In this document: piece after piece, positions 8,954 through 17,515 of the stretch
Layout of the letters: every line of letters begins with the position of its first letter
Position numbering within the stretch: the first letter of the stretch is position 1
Source: a bacterium
GTDB taxonomy: Bacteria > Patescibacteriota > Saccharimonadia > CAILAD01 > JADZBC01
Direction: 5' to 3'
Assembly (NCBI GenBank): GCA_020852295.1
Contig: JADZBC010000009.1
Span: forward strand, 7,081 to 71,080
DNA length: 64,000 bases
Program-made: the position numbers and the translations under genes
The notes under the pieces: generated by a model
Databases searched by the model: none
The model's input: only the letters and a program-made list of their open reading frames with translations
What the model was told of the DNA's origin: nothing

Positions 8954-9982
8954 ATGAAAATTCTCGCTATCGAAAGTAGCTGTGACGAAACAGCAGCGGC
9001 CGTCATTGCCGACGGACGCAAAGTCTTAAGCAGTGTCATTGCCAGTCAAATAGATATTCACGCCCAGTTTGGTGGCGTTGTGCCTGAAGTGGCGGCGCGC
9101 AGCCACATTGAAGTCGTGATACCAGTGATCGAGCAGGCTCTCCGAGAAGCGAGCACCGACTGGAATGACATTGATGCTATTGCAGTCACGCGTGGCCCGG
9201 GACTCATCGGTTCACTCCTCATCGGTACCCTCACCGCCCAGACTCTCGCAGAGCTTAAGCACAAGCCCCTGATTGGGGTCAATCATATCGTGGCGCACGC
9301 TTTCGCTGCCAACCTGACCGATACGCCACCGAGCTTTCCGATGCTCGCGCTCACCGTCTCGGGCGGACACACCGCACTGACACTCTACCAAGACGACCTT
9401 TCCGCTGAAATCGTCGGTGAAACCCAAGATGATGCTGCTGGCGAAGCTTTCGACAAGGTGGCCAAGCTGCTCGGCCTGCCCTACCCTGGCGGTCCAGCCG
9501 TCAGTAAAGTAGCGGCCGATGGCAACGACACGGCCTACCCATTTCCTCACGCCAAGCTCCGTAATCCGCTCGACTTTAGTTTTTCTGGGCTCAAAACAGC
9601 GGTACTGCGACAAGTGCAGCAGATCACCGGCGTCAACCCGGGCGATCTCACCATCCCAAAGAGCTATGAGCTCGAGCCTCAAGTACTCGCCGATATTGCA
9701 GCTTCATTTGAGAAAACAGTCGTTGATACACTCGTGAAAAATACCAAGCTAGCCATCGAACAATACCAGCCAGCCAGTGTCGTGGTGGGTGGTGGCGTCG
9801 CGGCCAACAAACGCCTGCGCGAAGAGCTCAGCCAAGCTGTACCTGGCGCCATCTTCGTTCCTCCAGTGCTCTGTACCGACAACGCTGCCATGATTGGCGC
9901 ATTGGCCTACCAAATGCAAAAACGAGGCCGCGTGACCTCGCCTTTTGAACTAAAAGCTGACTCTAGCCTCGAAGTGCTCTAA
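8954..9982 (+). CDS. tsaD: tRNA N6-adenosine threonylcarbamoyltransferase TsaD (Kae1/Gcp family).
   Basis: MKILAIESSCDETAAAV... with Fe-binding HxxAH (NHIVAHAF). Start was chosen at ATG 8954 rather than the longer track ORF at 8855, because the longer form overlaps the divergent fem gene. Confidence 0.9.
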   Translation: MKILAIESSCDETAAAVIADGRKVLSSVIASQIDIHAQFGGVVPEVAARSHIEVVIPVIEQALREASTDWNDIDAIAVTRGPGLIGSLLIGTLTAQTLAELKHKPLIGVNHIVAHAFAANLTDTPPSFPMLALTVSGGHTALTLYQDDLSAEIVGETQDDAAGEAFDKVAKLLGLPYPGGPAVSKVAADGNDTAYPFPHAKLRNPLDFSFSGLKTAVLRQVQQITGVNPGDLTIPKSYELEPQVLADIAASFEKTVVDTLVKNTKLAIEQYQPASVVVGGGVAANKRLREELSQAVPGAIFVPPVLCTDNAAMIGALAYQMQKRGRVTSPFELKADSSLEVL

Positions 9983-11037
9983 ATTTCACCAACCGTACTG
10001 ATACGCATCTGAGCGATCGAACCATCACTCGCCAAGCTAACCCACTCTTTAAGCTGGACGCCAATGTCCGTTTCACGTGTTGCAGTCGCTACCTTGTTGC
10101 CATTTTCGTCAGGCTCTGACTCCTGGAGGTCATTTGGCTCTTTGGCACCAACAAGCTGGTAGACCGCTCGCGCAGTCTCAAGTGCCATGTCGGCATTTGG
10201 AAACTCAGCCACATTACTCTGTGAGGCGGTTGCAGGGTCAAATTCATAAAGAACTTGCTCGGTTACCTTTTGTCCCGCCGAGCGAGTCTGAAGTATCTCC
10301 GAAACCACTGTAGCAGCCTTGCTGAGGCGTTCGCTCTTGAGTTTGTCGTTACGAGCAAAGTCTTCGCGAGCCTTCTGCGTGAGGGCCTCTTTTTGCTTCT
10401 GAAGAAGTGCTACGAGCTCCCTATTGTCCATCGATTGCGCATTTGCAATCATGGTGTCTACCGGTGCAGTTACCTTATCGATATGTTCTTTGAGACGAGG
10501 ATTGTCGGACGATACAGACGGCGCAGCTGGCTTTTTGGCCTCTGCCTTCTTGTCTGTCTTCGGTGCGTCCATTTTTGGTGGCTCTGGTGGAGCTACTGGC
10601 GGTTTCGCATCGGCTACTGCGTCATCAGCTTTGGCAGCTCCTAGCTTTGCGACAGCATCGTCAATCGCGGCAGCGTCATCTGGCTGAGCAGCTGGCGCAG
10701 GGGAGGCAGGGTTTGGATTGAGTGGCGGAGCCGGTGGTGTGCTAACCTCGGGCTTTTCATCGAGATCTGGTGGCATCGGGATTGGATTTGGCATAGTGGC
10801 GCTATCCTCAGCGGGCGCCTCAGGAGGAGTAAATGGCGATGCCGGAGGCGTGCTATCAGTGCTTTCGGCGGTTACCAGCACACTCACTGCCTGAGTAGGC
10901 ATAGCTGCAGCATCATCGCCCGCGACTGCAGTCGGTGGGGTGCCAAGCGCATTAGCTTCGGCCATTGGCGTAAATGGTGATGCGTCGGTTGATACTGTAG
11001 GGGCCGGCGGTGTTACCACCGAAGTGTCGTCTGCCAC
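9979..11037 (-). CDS. Pro/Ala/Thr-rich hypothetical protein with a disordered N-terminal half and a coiled-coil-like C-terminal half.
   Basis: 352 aa. About 180 aa are low-complexity P/A/T/D-rich, followed by KQKEALTQKAREDFARNDKLKSERL. Codon bias in the intended frame holds despite the low complexity. Confidence 0.55.
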   Translation of the reverse strand: MADDTSVVTPPAPTVSTDASPFTPMAEANALGTPPTAVAGDDAAAMPTQAVSVLVTAESTDSTPPASPFTPPEAPAEDSATMPNPIPMPPDLDEKPEVSTPPAPPLNPNPASPAPAAQPDDAAAIDDAVAKLGAAKADDAVADAKPPVAPPEPPKMDAPKTDKKAEAKKPAAPSVSSDNPRLKEHIDKVTAPVDTMIANAQSMDNRELVALLQKQKEALTQKAREDFARNDKLKSERLSKAATVVSEILQTRSAGQKVTEQVLYEFDPATASQSNVAEFPNADMALETARAVYQLVGAKEPNDLQESEPDENGNKVATATRETDIGVQLKEWVSLASDGSIAQMRISTVGEI

Positions 11038-11142
11038 AATTACCTCGATATTATACTTATGTTTAGTTTATCGCTTGTGCTTTATCCGGTCAAATGCTGT
11101 ACTCACTGGTGAAGTGAGTCAAATTTTAGTACTCTATTACCT

Positions 11143-13524
11143 ATGGAGAAGGCTTACCAGCCACAAAAATACGAGGCGGAGATCTATGCTCAATGGGAAA
11201 AGTCTGGTGCATTTGCGCCAACCGATGACCCAAATGCTGAGCCGTTTACTATCCTTATGCCGCCACCCAACGCAAACGCAGACCTACACATTGGTCATAC
11301 ACTGACAACTGCGCTGGAAGATATCATGGTGCGCTACGCCAGGATGCAAGGAAAAGCTACCCTCTTTCTGCCAGGGGCCGATCATGCCGGGTTTGAAACC
11401 CAGGTAGTTTACGAACGCCGCCTCGAGGCCGAAGGCAAGAGTCGGTTTGACTTCGATCGCAAGGAGCTCTACCAGCAAATCTGGGACTACGTCCAAGCCA
11501 ATAAGTCTAAGATGGAAGACCAGCAGCGTCGTATCGGGGCGAGCGTAGACTGGAGCCGCAACACCTTTACTATGGATCCGCATGTTGTCGCTCAGGTGTA
11601 CCGCACATTCAAGCAGCTCCATGATGACGACCTGCTGTACCGCGGTCAGCGAATTGTAAACTACTGCACAAAGCACGGTACATCCTTTTCAGAGCTCGAA
11701 GTTGAGTACAAAGAAGATGCTGGCCAGATATGGCGGGTTCGCTACCCGCTGACAGATAGGGCTGACGAGTATATTGAAGTCGCCACTACTCGCCCGGAAA
11801 CGATGCTTGGCGACAGCGCCATTGCAGTGCACCCCAACGATGAGCGATACGTCCACCTGATTGGAAAAACCGCTACCCTCCCCCTCGTTGGCCGAGAGAT
11901 TCCTATTGTTGCCGACGAGCTGGTCGATCCAAAATTCGGGACCGGTGCAGTCAAGGTTACTCCGGCGCACGACCCGAATGACTTCGAGATTGGCCAACGT
12001 CACAACCTGCCCTCTTACCAAGTGATTGGTTTTGACGGCCTTATGACCGACTGCCCCAAGCCATACATCGGCCTGGACATAGATGCCGCCCGCACAGCAG
12101 TGATCAGTGACCTCCAAAAGCAAGAGTTCCTCGTTGACGTTAAGCCCCATCAGCACTCGGTTGGCCACTGCTACAAGTGTGATACCCCCATACAGCCACT
12201 CGTCATGGATCAGTGGCTCGTACGTATGCAGCCATTGGCACAGCGAGCAATCGCAGCTCTTGAAGCGGGTAAGATCAAGATAGTTCCTCATCGCATGCTC
12301 AAAATACTTTTCCAGTGGCTCGAAAATATTCGCGACTGGAATATATCCCGTCAGATCGTTTGGGGCATTCCGATCCCCGCCTTTATTGCTGAAGATGGCG
12401 AGATCATCGTCGACATCGACGAAAAAGGCGATCAGATCGAGCGCGGCGGCAAGGTATTTCAGCGCGATCCAGATACGTTCGACACCTGGTTTTCATCCGG
12501 TCAGTGGCCGTTCACCACGCTTCACTTCCCTGACGGCAATGACTTCAAGCGCTTCTACCCCACTTCTGTCATGGAGACAGCCGGCGAGATCATTTTCTTC
12601 TGGGTTGCACGCATGATCATGCTCGGTCTCTATGTGACAGGAGAGGTACCCTTTAAGACTGTCTATCTCCACGGCCTTGTGCTCGATGCCCATGGCAAAA
12701 AAATGAGCAAATCACGCGGAAACGTTATCGCGCCAATGGTGTTACTTGATAAATTTGGTGCCGATGCAACCCGAATGGGTTTAGTCGCGGGACGCAGCGC
12801 CGGTCTTAACCAGGGTTTTGACGAAAAGCGCGTTGAGGGCTACCGCAATTTCTGCAATAAGCTCTGGAATGTCGCGCGCTTTTCACTCATGAAGCTCGGT
12901 GACAACTACAAGCCATCGGATATCGCCCTCACCTCCCCGGCCGATCACTGGATCGCCATCGAGACAAATCATGCTATCAAGCAAATCAGCGATGCGCTCA
13001 ATGCATACCGCTTTTCGGAAGCCGTTGAGCTCACCTACCACTTCATCTGGCACACTGTCGCCGACACTTACATCGAGCACACCAAAAATGAACTCAACGC
13101 CCCCCTCCTCGCCCACCTGATTGAGACCTGCCTTCGACTCATTCATCCATTTGCGCCTTTCGTATCTGAGGCGATTTGGCAACAGCTGCCGTGGACCGAT
13201 TCTATGCTTATATCAGAACACTGGCCGAACATGATTGAGGGTACTAAAAAAGACCAGGCTAAGCTGTTTGAGAAGAGTATTTTGGCCGTGAAAGCTAAGG
13301 CCGACTCCGAAAAGGCTCTCGCCGCAGCCAAGAGGGAGCTGGAGCTCAAGAAAAACCACCAGCAGATTTTGCAAAATAAGCTCGCCAACAAGGCCTTCGT
13401 GGAGAATGCTCCGGCGGCTCTGGTCGAGGCAGAACAGGCCAAGCTTGAGAGTGTTACAATGGAGCTACAGGAGCTAGCAAAAACCATTGATACACTCCAA
13501 GATTCGTCATCATCTCAAAACTAA
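11143..13524 (+). CDS. valS: Valine--tRNA ligase, in a compact form with a C-terminal coiled-coil tRNA-binding arm.
   Basis: Class I HIGH motif PPPNANADLHIGH, a KMSKS motif (KMSKSRGN), editing-domain-like central region, and a coiled-coil tail (EQAKLESVTMELQELAKTIDTLQ). Confidence 0.8.
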   Translation: MEKAYQPQKYEAEIYAQWEKSGAFAPTDDPNAEPFTILMPPPNANADLHIGHTLTTALEDIMVRYARMQGKATLFLPGADHAGFETQVVYERRLEAEGKSRFDFDRKELYQQIWDYVQANKSKMEDQQRRIGASVDWSRNTFTMDPHVVAQVYRTFKQLHDDDLLYRGQRIVNYCTKHGTSFSELEVEYKEDAGQIWRVRYPLTDRADEYIEVATTRPETMLGDSAIAVHPNDERYVHLIGKTATLPLVGREIPIVADELVDPKFGTGAVKVTPAHDPNDFEIGQRHNLPSYQVIGFDGLMTDCPKPYIGLDIDAARTAVISDLQKQEFLVDVKPHQHSVGHCYKCDTPIQPLVMDQWLVRMQPLAQRAIAALEAGKIKIVPHRMLKILFQWLENIRDWNISRQIVWGIPIPAFIAEDGEIIVDIDEKGDQIERGGKVFQRDPDTFDTWFSSGQWPFTTLHFPDGNDFKRFYPTSVMETAGEIIFFWVARMIMLGLYVTGEVPFKTVYLHGLVLDAHGKKMSKSRGNVIAPMVLLDKFGADATRMGLVAGRSAGLNQGFDEKRVEGYRNFCNKLWNVARFSLMKLGDNYKPSDIALTSPADHWIAIETNHAIKQISDALNAYRFSEAVELTYHFIWHTVADTYIEHTKNELNAPLLAHLIETCLRLIHPFAPFVSEAIWQQLPWTDSMLISEHWPNMIEGTKKDQAKLFEKSILAVKAKADSEKALAAAKRELELKKNHQQILQNKLANKAFVENAPAALVEAEQAKLESVTMELQELAKTIDTLQDSSSSQN

Positions 13525-14350
13525 TTTTCTCAGCCTCGGCGTTCTAATATTTCTCATCGGGGGACTGACTTGGGCACTTGCTTGGCCACGACTACTGAGC
13601 TGGCGAGACTCCCAACTCAAAACCTTCGTGTCGTCAGCTCAGCAAAGCCTAGAGCGTGGCGACATCGCTGCAGCACAGATCGAACTACAGAAGGCAAGTG
13701 TGCTTGGTATCTATAGCCGCATACCAGCAGACGGCTGGACCGATCTGTACGTTAAGCTTGGCCGCTACGACAAGGCAGCAGAGCAGCTCAGCGCCTGGCC
13801 ACTCAAGGTGGATAACAAGAGGGTGGGGAGCTATTACCTACTCGGCCAGCGCTACGACCAGGCTGAGCAGCTGCTTGAGCAGGCAATCAAGCAAGATCCC
13901 GTCGCTGAAAACTATGCACTGCTTGCCACCTCCCAGCTCAACCAGGGAAAGCTAGGCCCGGGTTGCGAATCCGTTGCCAAGATCAGCAAGAATGATCTTA
14001 ATAATCTTCAAGGGGAGCGCCTCACTAGCGCCTGTCAAATTCTCAAAGCCGGCATCAGCCAGCGCAAAGAAGCATACGATTTATTACAGCTCAACATTTT
14101 ACCCCAAGCAGAGCAATTTTTGACTGCGCAGCAGCAGCTCAGCCCGAGTGACTGGGCAACACTGGCAAACTTGTCGGCCAGCAGGGGAGACTACGCCAAA
14201 GCCATTGAGCGCAGCGAGGCCGGCGCAAAGCTCGACCCCACCAATGTAGAGCTTCAAGCGCAGCTTGCTCGCTATTATCAAATCCAGAACAACCAGGAAC
14301 AATCCACAGTTCATCAACAGCTGCTCAAGTTACTACGCTTCCCTTATTAA
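13487..14350 (+). CDS. Membrane-anchored TPR-like repeat protein.
   Basis: 287 aa. One N-terminal TM (FLSLGVLIFLIGGLTWALAW) is followed by helical repeats of the pattern A..Y..LG.Y.KA. The start overlaps the valS end by 38 nt, so the true start may be a later GTG/TTG. Confidence 0.5.
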   Translation: MIHSKIRHHLKTNFLSLGVLIFLIGGLTWALAWPRLLSWRDSQLKTFVSSAQQSLERGDIAAAQIELQKASVLGIYSRIPADGWTDLYVKLGRYDKAAEQLSAWPLKVDNKRVGSYYLLGQRYDQAEQLLEQAIKQDPVAENYALLATSQLNQGKLGPGCESVAKISKNDLNNLQGERLTSACQILKAGISQRKEAYDLLQLNILPQAEQFLTAQQQLSPSDWATLANLSASRGDYAKAIERSEAGAKLDPTNVELQAQLARYYQIQNNQEQSTVHQQLLKLLRFPY

Positions 14351-14526
14351 AGCCTTTCATTTTCATATGGATAAAAAGCCTTTATTTAAAGGATATTTTT
14401 ACATCTTGTATACTATGTTTGTTCGTTTTATATGGTGTGGATAGTCTGTGTATAAGCCAAGCGTCGCCCCTCAGACTTGGCCTCAGACCCGTGAAAAGGT
14501 ATAATAGCGTGGTCAAATTCAGATAC

Positions 14527-14619
14527 GGAGAGGTACCCAAGAGGCTGAAGGGGCTGGTTTGCTAAACCGGTAGGGCGGGGTAACTTGCCGCGAGGGTTCG
14601 AATCCCTCCCTCTCCGCCA
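14527..14619 (+). tRNA. tRNA-Ser(GCT), type II, CCA encoded.
   Basis: Acceptor ggagagg/cctctcc, anticodon loop tTGCTAa, long variable arm, T-arm gaggg-ttcgaat-ccctc, discriminator G followed by CCA. Confidence 0.85.
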
Positions 14620-14633
14620 AGTTTTTTTTATTT

Positions 14634-14725
<92 letters not shown>

Positions 14726-14740
14726 ATAATGCAACGTTTG

Positions 14741-14773
14741 AACCCCGGTCTCGGATGAGAGTGGGGTTTTTTG
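14741..14773 (+). terminator. Candidate rho-independent terminator after the tRNA-Ser pair.
   Basis: aacccc-(16 nt)-ggggtt followed by tttttgc. Confidence 0.45.
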
Positions 14774-14870
14774 CATCTCGGGGCATCCGACAGGACTTGC
14801 CGCGCATCCTCTGTAGTCATTCCTGACATGCGCCGGGTGCCAAGCTACATAGTTGTATAATGAAGTTGTT

Positions 14871-15443
14871 ATGCTAACTCAAAAAAGAAGAAAGGGTAGG
14901 GGTTGGTTTTGGCGATATAGCAACACGCTACTGTTGGCCGGCAGTTTAGTGTTGCTTGGTGTGCTTGCACAGACGCCAGCTCTTGATCAGTTCGTCCAGA
15001 CGGTGGGCTCGTTGGGCTACGTAGGTGCTTTCATAGCGGGCATATTCTTTGTGTCGACCTTTACGGTTGCGCCCGCTGCACTCGTCTTGATCCACTTTGC
15101 GCAGAGCCTTGATCCAGTCGAAGTAGCTTTATTAGGTGGTGCTGGTGCTGTAGTCGGCGACCTGATTGTCTTCAGTTTGCTCCGTGACCATGTGTTTGAT
15201 GAGCTCAAGCCGCTCTTTCGCAGGCACCGGCCAAAACGTTTGCTTGGTCTCATGCGCAGCCCCTATTTCGCCTGGATATTACCAATCATTGGTGCTGCGA
15301 TCGTTGCCTCTCCTTTACCAGACGAAGCTGGCGTTGGTCTACTAGGCGCGTCAAAGATGCGTCGGTGGCATTTTGTTGCACTCACCTTCTTGCTGAATTC
15401 GATAGGCATTTACATAATCGCAACCAGCGTGCGCTTGAATTAA
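14871..15443 (+). CDS. Small polytopic membrane protein, hypothetical.
   Basis: About 190 aa with four or more hydrophobic helices. The track start at 14853 is TTG. ATG 14871 (MLTQKRRKGRGWF...) was preferred. A perfect TATAAT sits at 14856-14861, which would make the mRNA leaderless. Confidence 0.55.
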   Translation: MLTQKRRKGRGWFWRYSNTLLLAGSLVLLGVLAQTPALDQFVQTVGSLGYVGAFIAGIFFVSTFTVAPAALVLIHFAQSLDPVEVALLGGAGAVVGDLIVFSLLRDHVFDELKPLFRRHRPKRLLGLMRSPYFAWILPIIGAAIVASPLPDEAGVGLLGASKMRRWHFVALTFLLNSIGIYIIATSVRLN

Positions 15444-15581
15444 CGCCGCAAGGTCATCCCAAAAAACCTGGTTCAACCCCTGTTCTAGGAGAGCCGCCAA
15501 TAGTAAATCCCGAATCAGCTTCGGCTGATTTTTATTTTCATTGATTACGCCTGTCGACAAGCGTACACTGAGCTCATCACC

Positions 15582-15983
15582 ATGAAAACAGCTGGTTTTG
15601 CAGTCATAGAGCACAAGGGGAGTTATCTACTCGTACTCGAAAAAATCCCTACTGAATACGGCCTCTGGGGCCTACCTGGTGGCAAAACTGACCCAGGAGA
15701 AACAGTCGAGCAGGCAGCCGTTCGGGAAGTGTTCGAAGAAGTCGCATTATCTGTTTCACTTGAACGTGAACTTTTCGCCGCCATAGATCACGATATACAA
15801 AAGCACTTATTTTTGGCGCGCGGAAAACATAGACAAGCCCGAGCAACTGACGATGTCTTGTGCCACCACTGGTTTTCTTTTGACCAGATCAAAAAGCTGC
15901 ACGCAGCAGGGCGACTACGGGGCGACTGGGTCATGGCGGCAATCGCTGCCGCCGAAAGGGCCCGCACTCGCTTGCCAGCATAA
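15582..15983 (+). CDS. NUDIX hydrolase.
   Basis: Nudix box GLPGGKTDPGETVEQAAVREVFEEVAL (GX5EX7REVXEEXG). Confidence 0.85.
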   Translation: MKTAGFAVIEHKGSYLLVLEKIPTEYGLWGLPGGKTDPGETVEQAAVREVFEEVALSVSLERELFAAIDHDIQKHLFLARGKHRQARATDDVLCHHWFSFDQIKKLHAAGRLRGDWVMAAIAAAERARTRLPA

Positions 15984-16018
15984 GCAGTCTGCATCATAAT
16001 AAGGCCAAAGGTGAGGGT

Positions 16019-16633
16019 ATGAACGACGAACAGCAACCAGTAAAGGGGCCGCGACAGCAGCCCGTCCAGCAGCCAGAGAAAAAACAGGGGAGGTTTGCCG
16101 CAGCTTTTGGGGCGCTCGTTGGGCCCGACAAGGAACAGGTTATTTCGCACCCAGACGAAGAGCCGGCCGAACCCGAGGTGTCACTTCTTCAGTGGCGCGC
16201 ACCCGAGTTTGCCTACACCAAGAAGCCCGTTGGTTGGTTTGTGGCACTCGGCGTGCTTTTTGCTGGCCTAGTTGCGCTCGCCATCTACACACAACAGTGG
16301 CTGACGATCGGTCTACTGGCCGTTATGGCTATCGCGGTCGCCGTATATGCCAACCGGGAGCCCCGTGAGCTCGACTACGAAATAACCAACTACGGCATCA
16401 AGATTAACGACAAAGACTACGACTTCGACAAATTCCGCTCGTACTATGAGATGGACGACTACGGTCACAAATACATCGACTTTGTGCCGGTAAAGCGGTT
16501 TGACCTGCTTGTTTCTATACCAGTACCGCCAGAACTCGAGGACGACATCGAAGACCTCATGAGTCAGGTGCTGCCCAAGACCGAGACGCGCAATGACGCT
16601 ATCGACAAACTCTTTCGCTTCCTCCGCTTCTAG
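16019..16633 (+). CDS. Hypothetical membrane protein with two TM helices.
   Basis: 204 aa. Q/P-rich N-terminus, two adjacent TM helices (WFVALGVLFAGLVALAIY / LTIGLLAVMAIAVAVYA), acidic C-terminus. Confidence 0.55.
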   Translation: MNDEQQPVKGPRQQPVQQPEKKQGRFAAAFGALVGPDKEQVISHPDEEPAEPEVSLLQWRAPEFAYTKKPVGWFVALGVLFAGLVALAIYTQQWLTIGLLAVMAIAVAVYANREPRELDYEITNYGIKINDKDYDFDKFRSYYEMDDYGHKYIDFVPVKRFDLLVSIPVPPELEDDIEDLMSQVLPKTETRNDAIDKLFRFLRF

Positions 16634-16680
16634 CCTTCCAATTATTGCTCGTTTAAGGTAAAATAAGCCGGTTCTAACGC

Positions 16681-16757
16681 GCGCTCGTAGCTCAGTTGGA
16701 TAGAGCGTCGGTTTGCGGTACCGGAGGTCGCAGGTTCGAATCCTGCCGAGCGCACCA
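16681..16757 (+). tRNA. tRNA-Arg (anticodon read as GCG), CCA encoded.
   Basis: Canonical cloverleaf. Acceptor gcgctcg/cgagcgc, D-arm gctc-agttggata-gagc, anticodon stem tcggt/accgg with loop ttGCGgt, T-arm gcagg-ttcgaat-cctgc, discriminator A followed by CCA. Confidence 0.8.
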
Positions 16758-16800
16758 GAGGCCCATAAATCAGCAATGGTTTGTGGGCCTCTGGTTTTCT
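16757..16800 (+). terminator. Hairpin with T-tract after tRNA-Arg, a possible terminator.
   Basis: agaggccca-(loop)-tgggcctct followed by ggttttct. Confidence 0.4.
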
Positions 16801-16849
16801 GGTTGACTCTATTGGATTTTCAGGTTAGAATTTCTTTTGCTTTTACAGC

Positions 16850-16925
16850 GAGGGCGGAGCTCGGCCTGGCTGAGCGCTCCCTCAACCCGAGGGAGAGGTC
16901 GGAGGTTCAAATCCCCCCGCCTTCA
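16850..16925 (+). ncRNA. tRNA-like element A. Acceptor, D and T arms are intact, but the anticodon arm is replaced by a 7-bp stem with a 5-nt loop. Possibly a pseudo-tRNA.
   Basis: Acceptor gagggcg/cgccttc (all paired, one G.U), D-arm gctc-ggcctggct-gagc, T-arm ggagg-ttcaaat-ccccc (one mismatch), central hairpin ctccctc-aaccc-gagggag. No U33 or purine-37 context, and no CCA. Confidence 0.35.
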
Positions 16926-16968
16926 CTGGGTCTCGAGACGCTGCCATGTGCCGTCTCGGGACTCGCTT

Positions 16969-17063
16969 GCGAGTAAACGCTGGGTGATGGCACCCCAGCT
17001 CCTGTTGCCGCAGGAATAGGTTTCGTGATCTCGCCTATCGTGGGTTCGGGTCCCACTACTCGC
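16969..17063 (+). ncRNA. tRNA-like element B. Type-II-like with 5 arms and a perfect 7-bp acceptor, but the anticodon-position loop is 6 nt.
   Basis: Acceptor gcgagta/tactcgc; hairpins gctggg-tgatggcac-cccagc, tcctg-ttgccg-cagga, atagg-(13 nt)-cctat; T-arm gtggg-ttcgggt-cccac; no CCA. Confidence 0.3.
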
Positions 17064-17090
17064 TCGAGGCAGGCATGCCACAAAATGCCG

Positions 17091-17172
17091 CGGGCTGTAG
17101 CGCAAAGTGCCTTCGGGCCGGTAGCGCGCTGCCTTCGGGCAGAGGTTGCTGGTTCAAGTCCAGCCAGCCCGA
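17091..17172 (+). ncRNA. tRNA-like element C. Acceptor and T arm are intact. The anticodon arm is replaced by a UUCG-tetraloop hairpin, and a second UUCG hairpin is inserted in the D-loop. There is no anticodon.
   Basis: Acceptor cgggctg/cagcccg perfect; D stem gcgc/gcgc with inserted gcc-ttcg-ggc; ctgcc-ttcg-ggcag in the anticodon position; T-arm gctgg-ttcaagt-ccagc; discriminator A. Confidence 0.35.
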
Positions 17173-17280
17173 CGAGAGGGAGCCCACAAAGCACGGCAAG
17201 CCGAGTAGGCAACTCCCTCTGGTGGGTGGATCGATGAATGTACGCATGACACGCGTAAACTGTCGATCCACCCACCCCAC

Positions 17281-17355
17281 GCCCCTGTAGTTCGCGGTAA
17301 GAACACTGGGGAATCCACGCCCCAGAGGTTGGCTGTTCGAATCAGCCCAGGGGCT
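17281..17355 (+). ncRNA. tRNA-like element D. Canonical acceptor, D and T arms, but the anticodon loop is 9 nt (or 8 nt with a 6-bp stem).
   Basis: Acceptor gcccctg/caggggc perfect; D-arm gttc-gcggtaa-gaac; stem ctggg/cccag around loop gaatccacg; T-arm ggctg-ttcgaat-cagcc. Confidence 0.35.
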
Positions 17356-17383
17356 CAAAGGCTCGATCAGCCTCAATGATCAC

Positions 17384-17454
17384 GCGCCCGTAGCTTAAGC
17401 GGCAAAGCTCTGTCTCTTAAACAGGAGTTGAGGGTTCGAATCCCTCCGGACGCA
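17384..17454 (+). tRNA. Probable tRNA-Lys(CTT). Slightly atypical, with one acceptor mismatch and no nucleotide at position 26.
   Basis: Acceptor gcgcccg/cggacgc (C4-A69 mismatch), D-arm gctt-aagcggca-aagc, anticodon stem tctgt/acagg with loop cTCTTaa (U33, A37), T-arm gaggg-ttcgaat-ccctc, discriminator A, no CCA. Confidence 0.5.
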
Positions 17455-17488
17455 CAAATTGTTACCTTGGATTGGTCCAGGGTAACCA

Positions 17489-17515
17489 CCCCGGCTCTAT
17501 GCCGGGGTTTGCTAT
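17489..17515 (+). terminator. Rho-independent terminator closing the tRNA / tRNA-like array.
   Basis: ccccggc-tctat-gccgggg followed by tttgctattt. Confidence 0.6.

Noticed and set aside
11689-13487. Minus-strand ORFs 11689..12291, 12883..13182 and 13143..13487 inside valS
   Set aside because: They are fully contained within the high-confidence valS coding region on the opposite strand and have no independent signals.
16850-17180. Possibility that elements A-C together form a tmRNA (ssrA)
   Set aside because: There is no 5' GGGG…/3' …CCACCA pairing across the region and no in-frame tag-peptide ORF ending in ALAA-like residues. Each piece closes its own acceptor stem independently. So these were treated as separate tRNA-like units.
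17384-17454. Alternative reading of the anticodon loop as tcTTAaa (anticodon UUA, a UAA-suppressor tRNA)
   Set aside because: That register requires the stem ctgtc/cagga, which does not pair. The register tctgt/acagg gives a proper 5-bp stem with U33 and A37 and anticodon CUU (Lys).
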